A DNA stretch of 64,000 nt, from assembly GCA_043228905.1 (NCBI GenBank), contig JBHGNT010000002.1, forward strand, positions 12,524,001-12,588,000, written 5' to 3'. Origin of the DNA: Azolla caroliniana. Lineage: Eukaryota; Plantae; Polypodiophyta. This document shows positions 11,917 through 23,274 of this stretch, in pieces. A model generated the notes under the pieces. The model did not search any database and had not been told where the DNA came from. It worked only from the letters and a program-made list of their open reading frames with translations. Made by a program: the position numbers and the translations under genes. Numbering within the stretch: position 1 is the first letter of the stretch; every line of letters begins with the position of its first letter.

Positions 11917-14832
11917 TAAGTAAGAATGAGTTAAATATAAATTATGTCATCATACAAGCAATATATTTCAGATGTTGTTGACATACAAACAAACTTGGGG
12001 TGAGCGTGAAAGAAAAGGAGTCTAAAGAAAGAAGGAAGAAGAAGAAGAAGAAGAAGAAGAAGGAAACTGTAAGGAACATACATACATACATACATACATA
12101 CATACATGCTTTTCAGGTCCTTCAGCTGTGCGAGCATAACTTAGTGTTGAGGAGGAAGATGATCCAACAATATATGGACTTCTCTGTTGATCAGTTCCTA
12201 CCATATCACTTCTGGAGATAACAACAACAGCATCATTGCTGAAGCTTGTTCCTACCATATCACTCGACCAAGCACTAAGCCCAAATCTGCCAAATTGCAA
12301 GTTAACGGCTCTAATTTCCACAGCCTCATTGACACGTGTGTCCTCCGGATCAAAGAAGCTGCTACTGTAAGCAGTATCAATGGCCCTACTGGTTTTAAAT
12401 GGCCATGTTTTGGCAACAGAACCATTAACGTCCATTAATGCCATTAACTGGTGACATGATCCCTTCCTTCCTATAACATGAGGGATTCCCCTCCACCCAA
12501 CTGAGCTTGCACTACTACTACTAATACTACTACTACTACTACACTGCTTTCTATACTCCTGATCCACCATCTTGGCTGTATTTGTTGCCTCATCATAATA
12601 TGATTCCCCCCCTTCCTTTCTGCGTAGGCATGAAAAGATGGCTGCATGGATTGCTGCCACATTTCGATCCATATTTGTATTGTTCACCTTGGGAATTAGG
12701 TGCTTATCTGCTCTCTTGCATAGGTACTCCTGTATGGCTCGGATGTTTCGAATATATTTCACATACTTATTTTTGGCAGGATCTAAATCCATGTACTTAG
12801 CACGCACTGCAAATCTCTCCAAATGTTTCTCTTCTTTCACGATATACACCATGAATGGTATGATCGTTGGGTGCTTCTTCATAAGACCCATCTGCAACAG
12901 AAAAAATGTATATTCGTTTAGACAAGGAATAGTCTGGTTGAAATTGAGTAGACTATAGGATCATATTATAATTCATTCATTCCATCATACCACAAAATTT
13001 AGGCTTAAATGGACACCTTCAACAATTGCAGACTCATTCCTCAGCTCCCAATGAGTGATTAGTCTATCCAGATATTCGATCACCATCTCACTTTGAGCTT
13101 TATACCCTTGTATTGCCATCATTTTTGAGGTAATTGTAACCCCGTAGGAATTACTATTCATATTATGCGGTTCCACCTTAATATGGGCCTTCCCTTTCAG
13201 GTCGGAATGGGGGCTGCCTACCTCCAACATTTTGTCCATCATAATATGAGGTTCGAATAATCTTTTAGCTGCTTTCTTTCTACCGTGGAACTCAGCAACT
13301 GCTGATGGATCAAGGTGTTCTCCTGCACAATACGTGGCCCTTGCTTTAAACAAGATTTTGAACAATACTGATAAATCTCCTCGAATCAGAGAATACGTAC
13401 TCTTTCCAAACATTTGTGCAACACACTCGTGAATCTATGTAATAAACACACTATTCATCTCTTCTTTTGTTAATTCAGGACCTTCCACTATAATCTAACT
13501 CAGAGAAGGATCCGTTTCCAGCTTCTAACAAAATGATGAGATTCTCTATAATGTTCAGTTTAGAAGCATCGATTTGCAGCTTCAATCAATTATAAAAAAG
13601 CAGATTTGATTTGACCGAGTCATTTTACTTACTTGCAAGCTACCGAAAAATCCTTTCTCTGATGGGGGCCGAAGAAATAACGATACTGAGCCATAGCAGT
13701 GCACACGACGGATTCGAATTCTGCCCGCTTGATCAGGATGGTAGAACGCTTCTTCTGAGCATCATAGAGTTTCTTGGATATGGCCTTGATCTGTAGTTGA
13801 CTCTCCTCCACCACTGTCTTTGTTATCTCTTCCAGAGAGTACTTCTCTTTTACAGATTCCACCTCTGAGTCAGAGAGAGGTCCCATTGACCCAACATCAA
13901 TCCTGGAATAATTATTGCTATTACAGGTGGTTGACCTAGTCCTCTCTTCTAAGGACTTGTAATGGATGCCACTGTAAATGTCGAAGACATGCTCGCTGAT
14001 CTGGTCGTGAATGAACAGAAAATTACAATATGGAAAATGAAGCTGTTTGCAAATGAGATCTCCGTTTCTTTATGACATTACATTCAGGAATGATTGGAAA
14101 TCGAAAATTGTTCATTTATCATTCATTTTGGATTCCTGAATGAATTGTGTTTTACAAATCTCATTCCTGAAGGGTGAACTATTCGTGAACGAAACTCTGT
14201 CTGAAGAAAAAAATTTGATCTTCTGATTGAATTCCAGAATGAGAAACAAAATTATTGCAAATATATGTCTTGCATGGAAACATGATCGAATTAAGGAATG
14301 GAAGATATGAAAATTTGTGTGCTAATCTGAGCCTTCCATGAACAACAAATTAAATTCAAGGATGAAGAGTACTGTCAGCAAATCAGATAGATCCTTGAAT
14401 GAAAAGCAAGTGAGAGCACCACCGTGTGCAAGAGGTCTGAAGTTGAATGAGATTCATGCATATATTATGTGCATGTAAACATTGGGGGAGAATCCGATCC
14501 CTTTTCTATTCCCAGATTCCATTCAAGAACGAAAATGCATGCACTAATTATCCGATCCTTTCCACTAATAGATAGATAGATAGATAGATAGAGTTTCAAG
14601 AATGAAATAAATACACAAGAGAAGATGGTTTCCTTATTTTCTGTTGCCATGGATTTCTTACCTTAAAAGCATGTTTTCCTTTACACCCGAGAAGCTGCAA
14701 GGCACTTTGAAGGAGTGAAGGGGAGTATCTGAAGGAGCGTGGTGTGGATATGGATAAATCTCCTGATCCATTTTCCGTTTTCCCTGCATCTTGAACGATG
14801 ATGTAGAGCAATCGTAGTCTTTCTGGCATCAT
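11361..14832 (-). CDS. LPA1: P-loop NTPase domain-containing protein LPA1 homolog (2-phosphoglycerate kinase-related, low phytic acid 1 family); six-exon model, about 675 aa
   Basis: Family motifs [31 protein letters not shown]|[51 protein letters not shown]|[67 protein letters not shown], and an acidic C-terminus EEGSIDE. Exons 14832-14662, 14000-13633, 13339-12991, 12891-12106, 11847-11689 and 11555-11361 have GT-AG borders and consistent phases. Confidence 0.88.
11689..11847 (-). CDS. LPA1: LPA1-like exon 5 (acidic)
   Basis: NAGNAG acceptor CAG|[11 protein letters not shown]...EFEEE, donor GAG|GTAATC. Confidence 0.7.
11861..11910. repeat. (CATA)n microsatellite in LPA1 intron 4; a second tract at about 12077-12106
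   Basis: Directly visible in the sequence. Confidence 0.95.
12106..12891 (-). CDS. LPA1: LPA1-like exon 4
   Basis: ttgcag|MGLMKKHP...AEGPEKH|GTATGT, 262 codons. Confidence 0.88.
12991..13339 (-). CDS. LPA1: LPA1-like exon 3 (5' border uncertain)
   Basis: [11 protein letters not shown]...[10 protein letters not shown], donor GTG|GTATGA; weak AAG acceptor that matches the phase. Confidence 0.7.
13633..14000 (-). CDS. LPA1: LPA1-like exon 2
   Basis: Acceptor CAG|ATC (ISEHVF...), ends FSVAC, phase-2 donor AA|GTAAGT. Confidence 0.8.
14662..14832 (-). CDS. LPA1: LPA1-like exon 1
   Basis: 57 codons ending ...KHAFK, donor AAG|GTAAGA. Confidence 0.85.
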
Positions 14833-14873
14833 CCCTTCAGGAAGAAGATGAAGAAGAAGAAGGCGATGATTGG

Positions 14874-14874
<1 letters not shown>

Positions 14875-14921
<47 letters not shown>

Positions 14922-14932
14922 TATGTATATAT
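14875..14932. repeat. (TA)n microsatellite in the LPA1 5' region
   Basis: Directly visible in the sequence. Confidence 0.95.
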
Positions 14933-15728
14933 AGTAGGTGATGATTGGTTATGGCGGATGATGATGAATATTGTAGATGGATGGAATTTTAGGATTGATT
15001 GTTAGGTGATGCCACACATCATTAATGGTGAGATTGAGATTTTTGGATCAGAAAAGATGAAGAAGAAGAAGAATGTAGGAGAAGACTTGGACAATTAATT
15101 AATTAATTAATTTGCCACCCATTAATAATATAATGTGGTGTGCATGTGTTCCTTTGTGCCATCCTTTTAGCTCACCCTTTTTAGGAGGCACGTACCCAAG
15201 TTGACCCACCCTTTTACCACACCCTTTTTACGATACGTGTGCCCAAAATGACCCCCCCTTTTTAGCATATCCTTTTTAGCCAAGCCAACCCAAATGGGTT
15301 TTGTTGTATCAACTATAAATTGATTAAGAAGTAAGACGCTAAGTAGACTGGTTTTGATCTCTTATGTGCATTTCACATATTTTTCCCCCTTGCGAGAAAC
15401 AAGAAATTGAGGGGCATGAACAAGAACAAGAACAAGAACAGTGGCTTGTCGAAGGAGGGAGAGCATCTGATGGCAGGTTTCAAATGGAAATCCATGGATG
15501 ATTCTAGTGCGAGGCGAGGGTTATGCCCATAGAGTGCTCGAAAAAGGTTGATTTATGCAGCCATCTCGTGTTTGAGGGTCTTGTTTCAGTGAAGATGGCA
15601 TGGGGATGTAAACATCTGCGGACACGTAGTTGAGTTGCAATGACGTTGAGGACATCCCCGTGGAATTGTTGGCCTTGATAGTTGGACAGGGCTAGTGACG
15701 GAAAACGAGCTATCAATCGGCGAATAGA

Positions 15729-16135
15729 GATCAATCACTCCTGTGGACTGAGGGCCACCTAGACTTTGTTGAGGTGGGGGACAGGAGGGGCTATCGTGTC
15801 AGAGGGGGATCGAGGAAAGATCATATGGTGGCAGAGATCAATCGCTCTTGTGGACTGAGGGCCACCTGGACTTGGTTGAGGTGGGGGACAAGAGGGCTAT
15901 CGTGTCAGAGGGGGATCGGGGAAAAGATCATTTGGAAAAGAAAGATCAATCACTCTTGTGGATTAAGGGCCACCTGGACTTGGCTGAGGTGGGGGACAAG
16001 AGGGCTATCGTGTCAGAGGGGGATCGGGGAAAAGATCATTTGGAAAAGAAAGATCAATCACTCTTGTGGATTAAGGGCCACCTGGACTTGGCTGAGGTGG
16101 GGGACATGATGTCTATCGTGTAGGAGGGGGATCAG
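15729..16135. repeat. About 3.5 tandem copies of a ~107-bp unit inside the MULE
   Basis: gatcaatcactcttgtgga...gggccacctggacttgg.tgaggtgggggacaagagggctatcgtgtcagagggggatc is repeated. Confidence 0.85.
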
Positions 16136-16252
16136 AGAAACTCATGGGACAAGAAGTTAGTGGGCAACCTAAGGTGAGGGGGAAGAGTTGGTGGGGCAAG
16201 ACATAAAAGTGGTGTGAGAAAGTGAGAGTGTCTAAGGCGAAAGTGTAGTGGG

Positions 16253-16707
16253 TGTTACGGGCATGACCATATAATATCCCGTGGTAAGAATTTACCGTAG
16301 TATTCTATACACGTGGATAAGTGTGAGGGTTAAATGAGAGTGTAAAGAAGGGGAGGATTACTTTTAATCCTCGGGATTGAGACAACCCATTAGGTCAAGT
16401 GTGAACTTGCCTGGGGGCCTTGGGTATCGCTATAAATAAGAGGCCTAGCTACCCTCATTTGATCATCTTTTGACTACATCGAGACTCTGCTCGTGTGGTG
16501 GGTCAACTCTTGTAGCGAGCGCGCCAGCACCAGGTACGACTCGACGCCACGGCGGTGGTATGGGACGCCGATCGAGGCTCGAGTCCGTCTCGATCCCTTC
16601 GCTCGGGGGTGGTCGGGTGGATCGGCACCCTTCTTTCTCTTTCTCCTTTCTATCTATCTTTTCATTATCCTTATCTTAAGCTTACATTAGTACTATGATC
16701 TATAATA
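16253..16707 (+). repeat. 5' LTR of gypsy copy 1 (TG...TA)
   Basis: Direct repeat of 22820-23274; TATA box tataaata at about 16431. Confidence 0.95.
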
Positions 16708-18399
16708 TTTGGTATCAGATTTTTGTACCAATGTTTCTTTGTTTTTCATTTGTCTTTTGATTGATGCTAATCGATCATTGTGCGGTTGGCCTTGATCCAG
16801 ACAACGATCAACAAAGAACTTCGGTAACTCTTTCCATATATTTTTTTTTTCTATTCTCTCTTCTCCCATCTAATCATGTGTTTAGTTTATATGTAATTTT
16901 TTTTCATTAAATCAATGATGTTGTAGTGGTCTTTAATTGATTATCTAAAACGTTTACATATGTGCACGAGGTCAATACCTCGTTTGACATATTAATAATA
17001 TGTGATGAGTGTCGTATGCGTACGAGGTTAATACCTCAATTACGTATTACGTTCACGAACATATGTTACGTTTGCGTATGAGTTTAATACCTTAATTTGT
17101 TGTAAACGATATGCGTTTGGTCTCGTATGCGTAAGAGGTCAATATCTCCATTGCGTATTACGATGATCTCTTATTTCTGGATGTTTCGTGTGCGTAGAGG
17201 TATATACCTCGATTACGTATCTCGATCACATCATTTGTGGCTATTTAATATAACGATATGTTTAATATAGGCATATGTGGTCACATATATACGTATTTGA
17301 TCGTATATATGTGAAAAGTAAACATATGTGTATATTCGTTATTACGTGATTATGTCGAAAGTTGTCATGGTCGGGAAAAGGATGTTGGTGGCCGTCCTCA
17401 CATTTTTGTGAGAATGGCGTTGTCACCATTCCTTTTTCAACAATTTTTTATTGTTGACAACCCCGTTGATGACCTCGATTTCGTTACGTAAAGAAACGCA
17501 ATAGCCATAATGATGTTGAGTACGTAGGGCTTGACCCGCTTCAAGTGAGGTCGCTCCAATGACGCACGTATCCAACATCCTTCCCTCGTTACATGGATAC
17601 GATGCCACCATGAGCTCGTTCTTACGAGAGGCATTCGTAATGACGTGACCATGTGATGGCCCACGTGAGCCTACTACGAAACGAGGGCTCATTTGGCTTC
17701 ACCATTAGGTTGCACTTTGGCGTATGCCATCGTAATTACGAGACTTGAGGTTAGGTAACGTACCAACATAGTTTTGGTAAATGAGGGCGAAATAAGGACC
17801 CTTGACATATATGTTCTTTTAAAAAAAACATATATGATCAATTGCCTCGCATATCTCTTATACGCATCAAACATTAAACATTCGAGAAGACCAACTTACT
17901 TGGTTGGCTCAAGTGTTTAATGTATTTGTTCTCGAGGTCTCGAGTTCAAATATGACCAAGACCATACAACATCCTTGATACATATGACTATAACACATGT
18001 TTAGACTTAAGGTCTAAGTGCACCTCGGGGTCCTCGTAATAGGACTTAAAGAGCCGAAACCACTTATGTGGGCACCGAAACATAGTTTATTGTTAACATT
18101 TTTTTTCGTGTGTAAACTATTCATGACGCGAACATACATGGTTGAGCCTCGGGGAGCCACCATGAAAAAATTGATATAGAGATCAGGGAAAGACATTTAT
18201 TTGTCACCCCCATGGTTTTTAAAACACCTTTGTGTTACCATAGTAACCTGATCTTGAACCTCATCTCATACGTCTAGAGGGGTATTGACGTGAGATAATG
18301 ATATCGATTAATGCTCGCCCATGATATGTTTACATCACGACAAGATGTTATGACTATATCTCTGACCTTATCCTATTTCTTTTCCAGAAATAATCTTTA

Positions 18400-21300
18400 A
18401 TGGCTCAAATTAACGACCCGATGTCATCCGCTCAAGCGGAAGGAACTCAAGGGAATCCTCCTGGACAAATGTCCACTGAGATGTATTTGGCACAAATAAC
18501 CCAATACCTTAGTTTCACCGCTCAACAGATGACCGAACTTCGGCAATCTCAGAGTGCTCTTGAGGCACGTGTCATTAGTCTGCAACGTGAGACTAATAGA
18601 CCTGATGAGCGACAAGGTGAACCATCATTTGTCGTTAAGCCATTTACGGGAGACAAAAAGGAAAGAACCGAAGAAGCAATCTGCACATGGCTGGGACGAT
18701 GGGAGTCTCATTTTGAGCTCTATCCCACGCCAGATAGTACGAAGATTGCATATGTCGGCCGAGAACTCGGGGGTAAGGCCGCCGCCTGGTGGCGTGGCCT
18801 CCGTACTTTGGGGAAATTGCCCGATACCTGGACAGATTTTGTCACGGTTTTTAAGGGCCAATTTCTGCAACCTCCCTCTCGAACCGAGGCAGCACAAGCT
18901 TTAATGAACCTCTCTAGCAGGAAATTTTCCTCGCTAGAAGACTATGTTCACCATGCTAGAACCCAAATCCAAAAATCGGGTCTAGAAGGGGACAATTGGT
19001 TGATAGCTTGTTTTGTCAATGGCATCCCCAATTCGGACTATCACTGGATAGTGCATGATAAGGATCCAAAATCCTTCGAAGAGGCCGTTGAAATAGTTCT
19101 TCGCTACCAACGCACTTCGAAGAAGGACCATAACAAACCCAACGAAGCGCCCGGGACTAAGCAGTTGCAATTTGTTGGGAAACGCAAGACACCCAACGAA
19201 TTCCTGGATCACGATTGTAAGCGACAACATCCTTTTTGTGTATTCTGCAAAAAGAAGGGTCATACAAAAGATCAATGTCGAAAGCTCCAACGAAAAGAGC
19301 ACGACGCCAAAGCTAAAGCTGCAGACCATAAAGGTCAGATTCCTAATGTCCTTCAGGTCTATACACATCATTTAAGTAATTGTCAATGTTCTTTCCCTCA
19401 CTATGTATTGGGTCCCAATGATTTACTACGTGCAAACGGGTATATCAATGGATCTCCCGTACAATTTTTATTTGATTCGGGAAGCTCACACAATTTTGTG
19501 AATGATCGTTTGGTTCAGATATGGGGAATCCAACCCACCGTAAGTGATCACACCTACACGGTGCACTTGGCTGATGGAAGAGTACAATACATCAACGGGG
19601 CGATTCATTCATTAGGAATTTCTATTGATACTTATATAGAGGAAGTAGACTTCCATGTAATGAATCTTTGTACCACCGATGTAATACTGGGTTATCCCTG
19701 GTTTTATAATAAAAACTCTTCTTTATTGATTGATTGGGTTCGTCATTCCATTTCTTTTGTACTGAACGATTGTACGCATTTTATTCAATGTGTAAAAAAA
19801 CAATCCCTCTCGATTGTTTCCTCGTGTCCATCAATATCCGAGTTGTCTTGTTCTACGTTATTTTATTGTGTACTTGATCCGGACATTCACGTTTACAATA
19901 TCGATAATGTCCCGATTCAATTAACATATTTTGAACAACAACAACTTGATGAAATCTTAAATGATTTTCATGATGTTTTCCCAAGTGAACTACCTGATGG
20001 GTTACCTCCTAAACGTAATATAGACCATCGTATAGATATTGTACCTGGTGTTGCACCAATAAGTATACCTCCGTATCGCTTATGTCGATCTGAAGAAGAT
20101 GAGGTATCTAAGCAACTCAAGGACTATTTACGAATGGGTTATATACGTTATAGTAAATCTCCATGGGGTGCACCAGTTCTCTTGGTTAAAAAGAAAGAGG
20201 GCACATGGCGTATGTGTATTAATTACCGACGCTTGAATAAAGTGACGATCAAGAATTCGTATCCATTGCCCCGGGCTGACGATCTAATTGACCGTCTCCA
20301 GGGAGCTCGGTATTTTACGAAACTTGATCTCCGTACTGGCTACCATCAAATAAGAATAAGTGAGGACGATGTTCCTAAAACGACATTTCGTACGCGCTAT
20401 GGCCATTACGAGTTTTTGGTTATGCCTTTTGGTTTGACCAATGCTCCGGCTACTTTTCAACAAGAAATGAATGACATTTTCCGAGAACAACTTGGAAAAT
20501 TTGTCGTTATTTTCTTGGATGATATTTTAGTTTATAGCCGTACATTACAAGAACATGCTAGACATGTCCGCTTTGTTTTACAAACATTGCGTGACAAACA
20601 GTTTTATGCGAAGATCTCAAAATGTGAGTTCTTCAAGAAATCAATTACTTATCTAGGACATCTCATAACCGAACGAGGAGTTGAAATTGATCCTTCTCGC
20701 ATTGAGAAAATCAAGCTTTGGCCCACTCTTCGGAATATTCGAGAAGTTCGATCATTCCTTGGTTTTGTGGGGTTTTTGCGAAAGTCTCTTCGTAATTACT
20801 CCCAATTGACGACGCCGTTTACTGATCTTTTAAAAGGTCAAACGCGTAAGTCTACAAAACCTATTGTGTGGAATGCTACACTAGACCTTGCATTTAAGGA
20901 ACTCAAGGACCTGGTTTGCAAGGCTCCTTCACTTCTTTTACCCGATCCTTCAAAACCTTTTGAGGTTGAAACCGATGCAAGCGATTATGCTATAGGTGTT
21001 GTCTTGTATCAAGATGGTAAACCAATAGCATTCGAGAGTAAGAAACTTGATTCTGCTCAATGTCGGTATACCGTTCAAGAAAAGGAATTATTTGCGGTTA
21101 TACATGCGCTCAAAACATGGCGCCATTATCTTTATGGAAATCACTTTGTGGTAACTACGGACCACGAGTCCTTGAAATATTTTTGTGACCAACAAGACCT
21201 GAAAGGTCGTAAGGCACGATGGGCTGATCTCATCCAGGATTTTGATTTTTCCATACGATATCGTAAAGGTTCCATGAACACTGTCGCTGATGCACTAAGT

Positions 21301-22632
21301 CGCATCCGTGAAGTTAACACGCTTAGCTTCACTGAAATATCATCAGATCTTTACGATCACCTTCGAGGAAAGTATCCTGATGACAGTTATTTCGCAAAAT
21401 ACTGGGCAAGAGTTGAGTCTGGAACAGACACCACCACATCCTCGAAGGAATACTTCCACATTGCTAACGGTTTGCTCTACCGTAATGGGAAGGTTTGTGT
21501 TCCAGATTTACCCGAGGTCAAAAAGAGGATTCTTTTTGAATGCCATGATGCACCCTCAGCAGGGCACCCTGGAATACATCGTACACTCGTTCTCATCTCC
21601 ACTCAATTTTATTGGCCTAAGATGCGTCCTGACATACATAGTTATGTGACTAAATGTCACCAGTGTCAGGTTAACAAAGCCGAGCGACTTAAAGCCGCAG
21701 GACTTTTACATCCCTTGGACATTCCCAATAATAAGTGGGAAAGTATATCCATGGATTTTATTGTTAGCCTTCCTCGCACCCAAAAAGGTCATGATGCCAT
21801 CTGGGTTGTCGTTGATCGACTAACTAAAATGGCCAGATTTATTGCTACTAAAACCACGGTAACAGCTCCTGAATTGGCTTACCAATTCGTTGACGAATTG
21901 TTTCGTTTTTATGGGTTACCGATGGATATCGTGAGTGATCGAGATCCAAAGTTTACTAGTGACTTCTGGACACAAGTCTTTAAGAAGTTAGAAACTACGT
22001 TGAGCATGAGCTCCACGGATCATCCTCAATCCGATGGACAGACAGAACGAGTAAATCAAATTATTGAGGACATGCTTCGAGCATACGTTGGTGCAAAACC
22101 AACAAAATGGGAACGTTATCTCCCAATTTTGGAGTTTGCTTATAACAGCTCCAAGCATACGTCGACGGGATATAGTCCTTTTATGTTGATGTATGGTTTT
22201 CAGCCACGAGCCCCGATTGATGTTACTATACATCATGATGAGTTGCGAAGTACGCAAAACTTTCTTCGGGATATGCAAGATATGTTGCATATTGCACGAG
22301 ATAATATAAAAACAGCTCAAGATAGAGCGCGTTTTTATGCCGATCATCATAGGCAACCTCGTGTATTCAACCCTGGACAGAAGGTATTTTTACGTGTACC
22401 TTACAATTCTAAGACATTGTCTACGGGTAAGTGCGCTAAGTTAGCCCCACGGTTTTGTGGACCTTTTACAGTCCTCAAACGCATTGGGTCATCAGCCTAT
22501 CGTCTCGCTCTTCCCGATGGTGTCGGAATTCATCCAGTCTTTCATGTGAGTCGTCTAAAAGAACTTCTAGGTTCTGGCGACAATACAGTTACGACTGAAA
22601 CTCTGGTTACTTCTGAAGAATTATCTTCTTAA
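18400..22632 (+). CDS. Gypsy Gag-Pol polyprotein (Gag, CCHC, PR, RT, RNase H, IN), 1410 aa; a stop codon precedes the chromodomain
   Basis: [52 protein letters not shown] plus DDE integrase, GPF motif. TAA at 22630-22632 where copy 2 has AAA. Confidence 0.95.
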   Translation: MAQINDPMSSAQAEGTQGNPPGQMSTEMYLAQITQYLSFTAQQMTELRQSQSALEARVISLQRETNRPDERQGEPSFVVKPFTGDKKERTEEAICTWLGRWESHFELYPTPDSTKIAYVGRELGGKAAAWWRGLRTLGKLPDTWTDFVTVFKGQFLQPPSRTEAAQALMNLSSRKFSSLEDYVHHARTQIQKSGLEGDNWLIACFVNGIPNSDYHWIVHDKDPKSFEEAVEIVLRYQRTSKKDHNKPNEAPGTKQLQFVGKRKTPNEFLDHDCKRQHPFCVFCKKKGHTKDQCRKLQRKEHDAKAKAADHKGQIPNVLQVYTHHLSNCQCSFPHYVLGPNDLLRANGYINGSPVQFLFDSGSSHNFVNDRLVQIWGIQPTVSDHTYTVHLADGRVQYINGAIHSLGISIDTYIEEVDFHVMNLCTTDVILGYPWFYNKNSSLLIDWVRHSISFVLNDCTHFIQCVKKQSLSIVSSCPSISELSCSTLFYCVLDPDIHVYNIDNVPIQLTYFEQQQLDEILNDFHDVFPSELPDGLPPKRNIDHRIDIVPGVAPISIPPYRLCRSEEDEVSKQLKDYLRMGYIRYSKSPWGAPVLLVKKKEGTWRMCINYRRLNKVTIKNSYPLPRADDLIDRLQGARYFTKLDLRTGYHQIRISEDDVPKTTFRTRYGHYEFLVMPFGLTNAPATFQQEMNDIFREQLGKFVVIFLDDILVYSRTLQEHARHVRFVLQTLRDKQFYAKISKCEFFKKSITYLGHLITERGVEIDPSRIEKIKLWPTLRNIREVRSFLGFVGFLRKSLRNYSQLTTPFTDLLKGQTRKSTKPIVWNATLDLAFKELKDLVCKAPSLLLPDPSKPFEVETDASDYAIGVVLYQDGKPIAFESKKLDSAQCRYTVQEKELFAVIHALKTWRHYLYGNHFVVTTDHESLKYFCDQQDLKGRKARWADLIQDFDFSIRYRKGSMNTVADALSRIREVNTLSFTEISSDLYDHLRGKYPDDSYFAKYWARVESGTDTTTSSKEYFHIANGLLYRNGKVCVPDLPEVKKRILFECHDAPSAGHPGIHRTLVLISTQFYWPKMRPDIHSYVTKCHQCQVNKAERLKAAGLLHPLDIPNNKWESISMDFIVSLPRTQKGHDAIWVVVDRLTKMARFIATKTTVTAPELAYQFVDELFRFYGLPMDIVSDRDPKFTSDFWTQVFKKLETTLSMSSTDHPQSDGQTERVNQIIEDMLRAYVGAKPTKWERYLPILEFAYNSSKHTSTGYSPFMLMYGFQPRAPIDVTIHHDELRSTQNFLRDMQDMLHIARDNIKTAQDRARFYADHHRQPRVFNPGQKVFLRVPYNSKTLSTGKCAKLAPRFCGPFTVLKRIGSSAYRLALPDGVGIHPVFHVSRLKELLGSGDNTVTTETLVTSEELSS

Positions 22633-22819
22633 CCACATGTACCAGAAAGAATTCTCGATGTTAAAACAAAAAAATTACGTACTAAAGAAATCCGAGAATT
22701 CAAAATAAAATGGATGGATAAATCAATAAAAGATGCCACATGGGAACGCGAAAATACTCTTAGAACTAACTTCCCTAACTTTCCATTGCAAGAGTGCAAT
22801 GTTTTAAAGAGGGGGAGTA

Positions 22820-23274
22820 TGTTACGGGCATGACCATATAATATCCCGTGGTAAGAATTTACCGTAGTATTCTATACACGTGGATAAGTGTGAGGGTTAA
22901 ATGAGAGTGTAAAGAAGGGGAGGATTACTTTTAATCCTCGGGATTGAGACAACCCATTAGGTCAAGTGTGAACTTGCCTGGGGGCCTTGGGTATCGCTAT
23001 AAATAAGAGGCCTAGCTACCCTCATTTGATCATCTTTTGACTACATCGAGACTCTGCTCGTGTGGTGGGTCAACTCTTGTAGCGAGCGCGCCAGCACCAG
23101 GTACGACTCGACGCCACGGCGGTGGTATGGGACGCCGATCGAGGCTCGAGTCCGTCTCGATCCCTTCGCTCGGGGGTGGTCGGGTGGATCGGCACCCTTC
23201 TTTCTCTTTCTCCTTTCTATCTATCTTTTCATTATCCTTATCTTAAGCTTACATTAGTACTATGATCTATAATA
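22820..23274 (+). repeat. 3' LTR of gypsy copy 1
   Basis: Matches the 5' LTR; followed by TSD GTGGG. Confidence 0.95.

Larger units (their letters stand above)
16253..23274 (+). mobile_element. Full-length Ty3/gypsy chromovirus (single gag-pol ORF, tRNA-iMet PBS; Reina/Galadriel-like), copy 1, very recent
   Basis: 455-bp LTRs at 16253-16707 and 22820-23274 with no differences seen; TSD GTGGG; PBS TGGTATCAGA 16710-16719; PPT aaagagggggag before 22820. Confidence 0.97.

Noticed and set aside
13385-13430. FGKST as the LPA1 Walker A
   Set aside because: Lacks the upstream Gly of GxxxxGKS, has no following STDSIRH motif and no phase-compatible acceptor directly before it; may be chance or a relic.
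16470-16690. Short ORFs repeated four times in the window
   Set aside because: They lie within LTRs and recur only because the LTRs do; non-ATG starts and no domain.
17423-18196. Antisense ORFs in the gypsy leader as an accessory gene
   Set aside because: Short, and the frame is not preserved between the two copies (indel near 40789).
18595-18650. Hammerhead ribozyme (CTGATGAG followed by a stem)
   Set aside because: No GAAA after the putative stem II and no cleavage-site helix; it lies in gag coding sequence.
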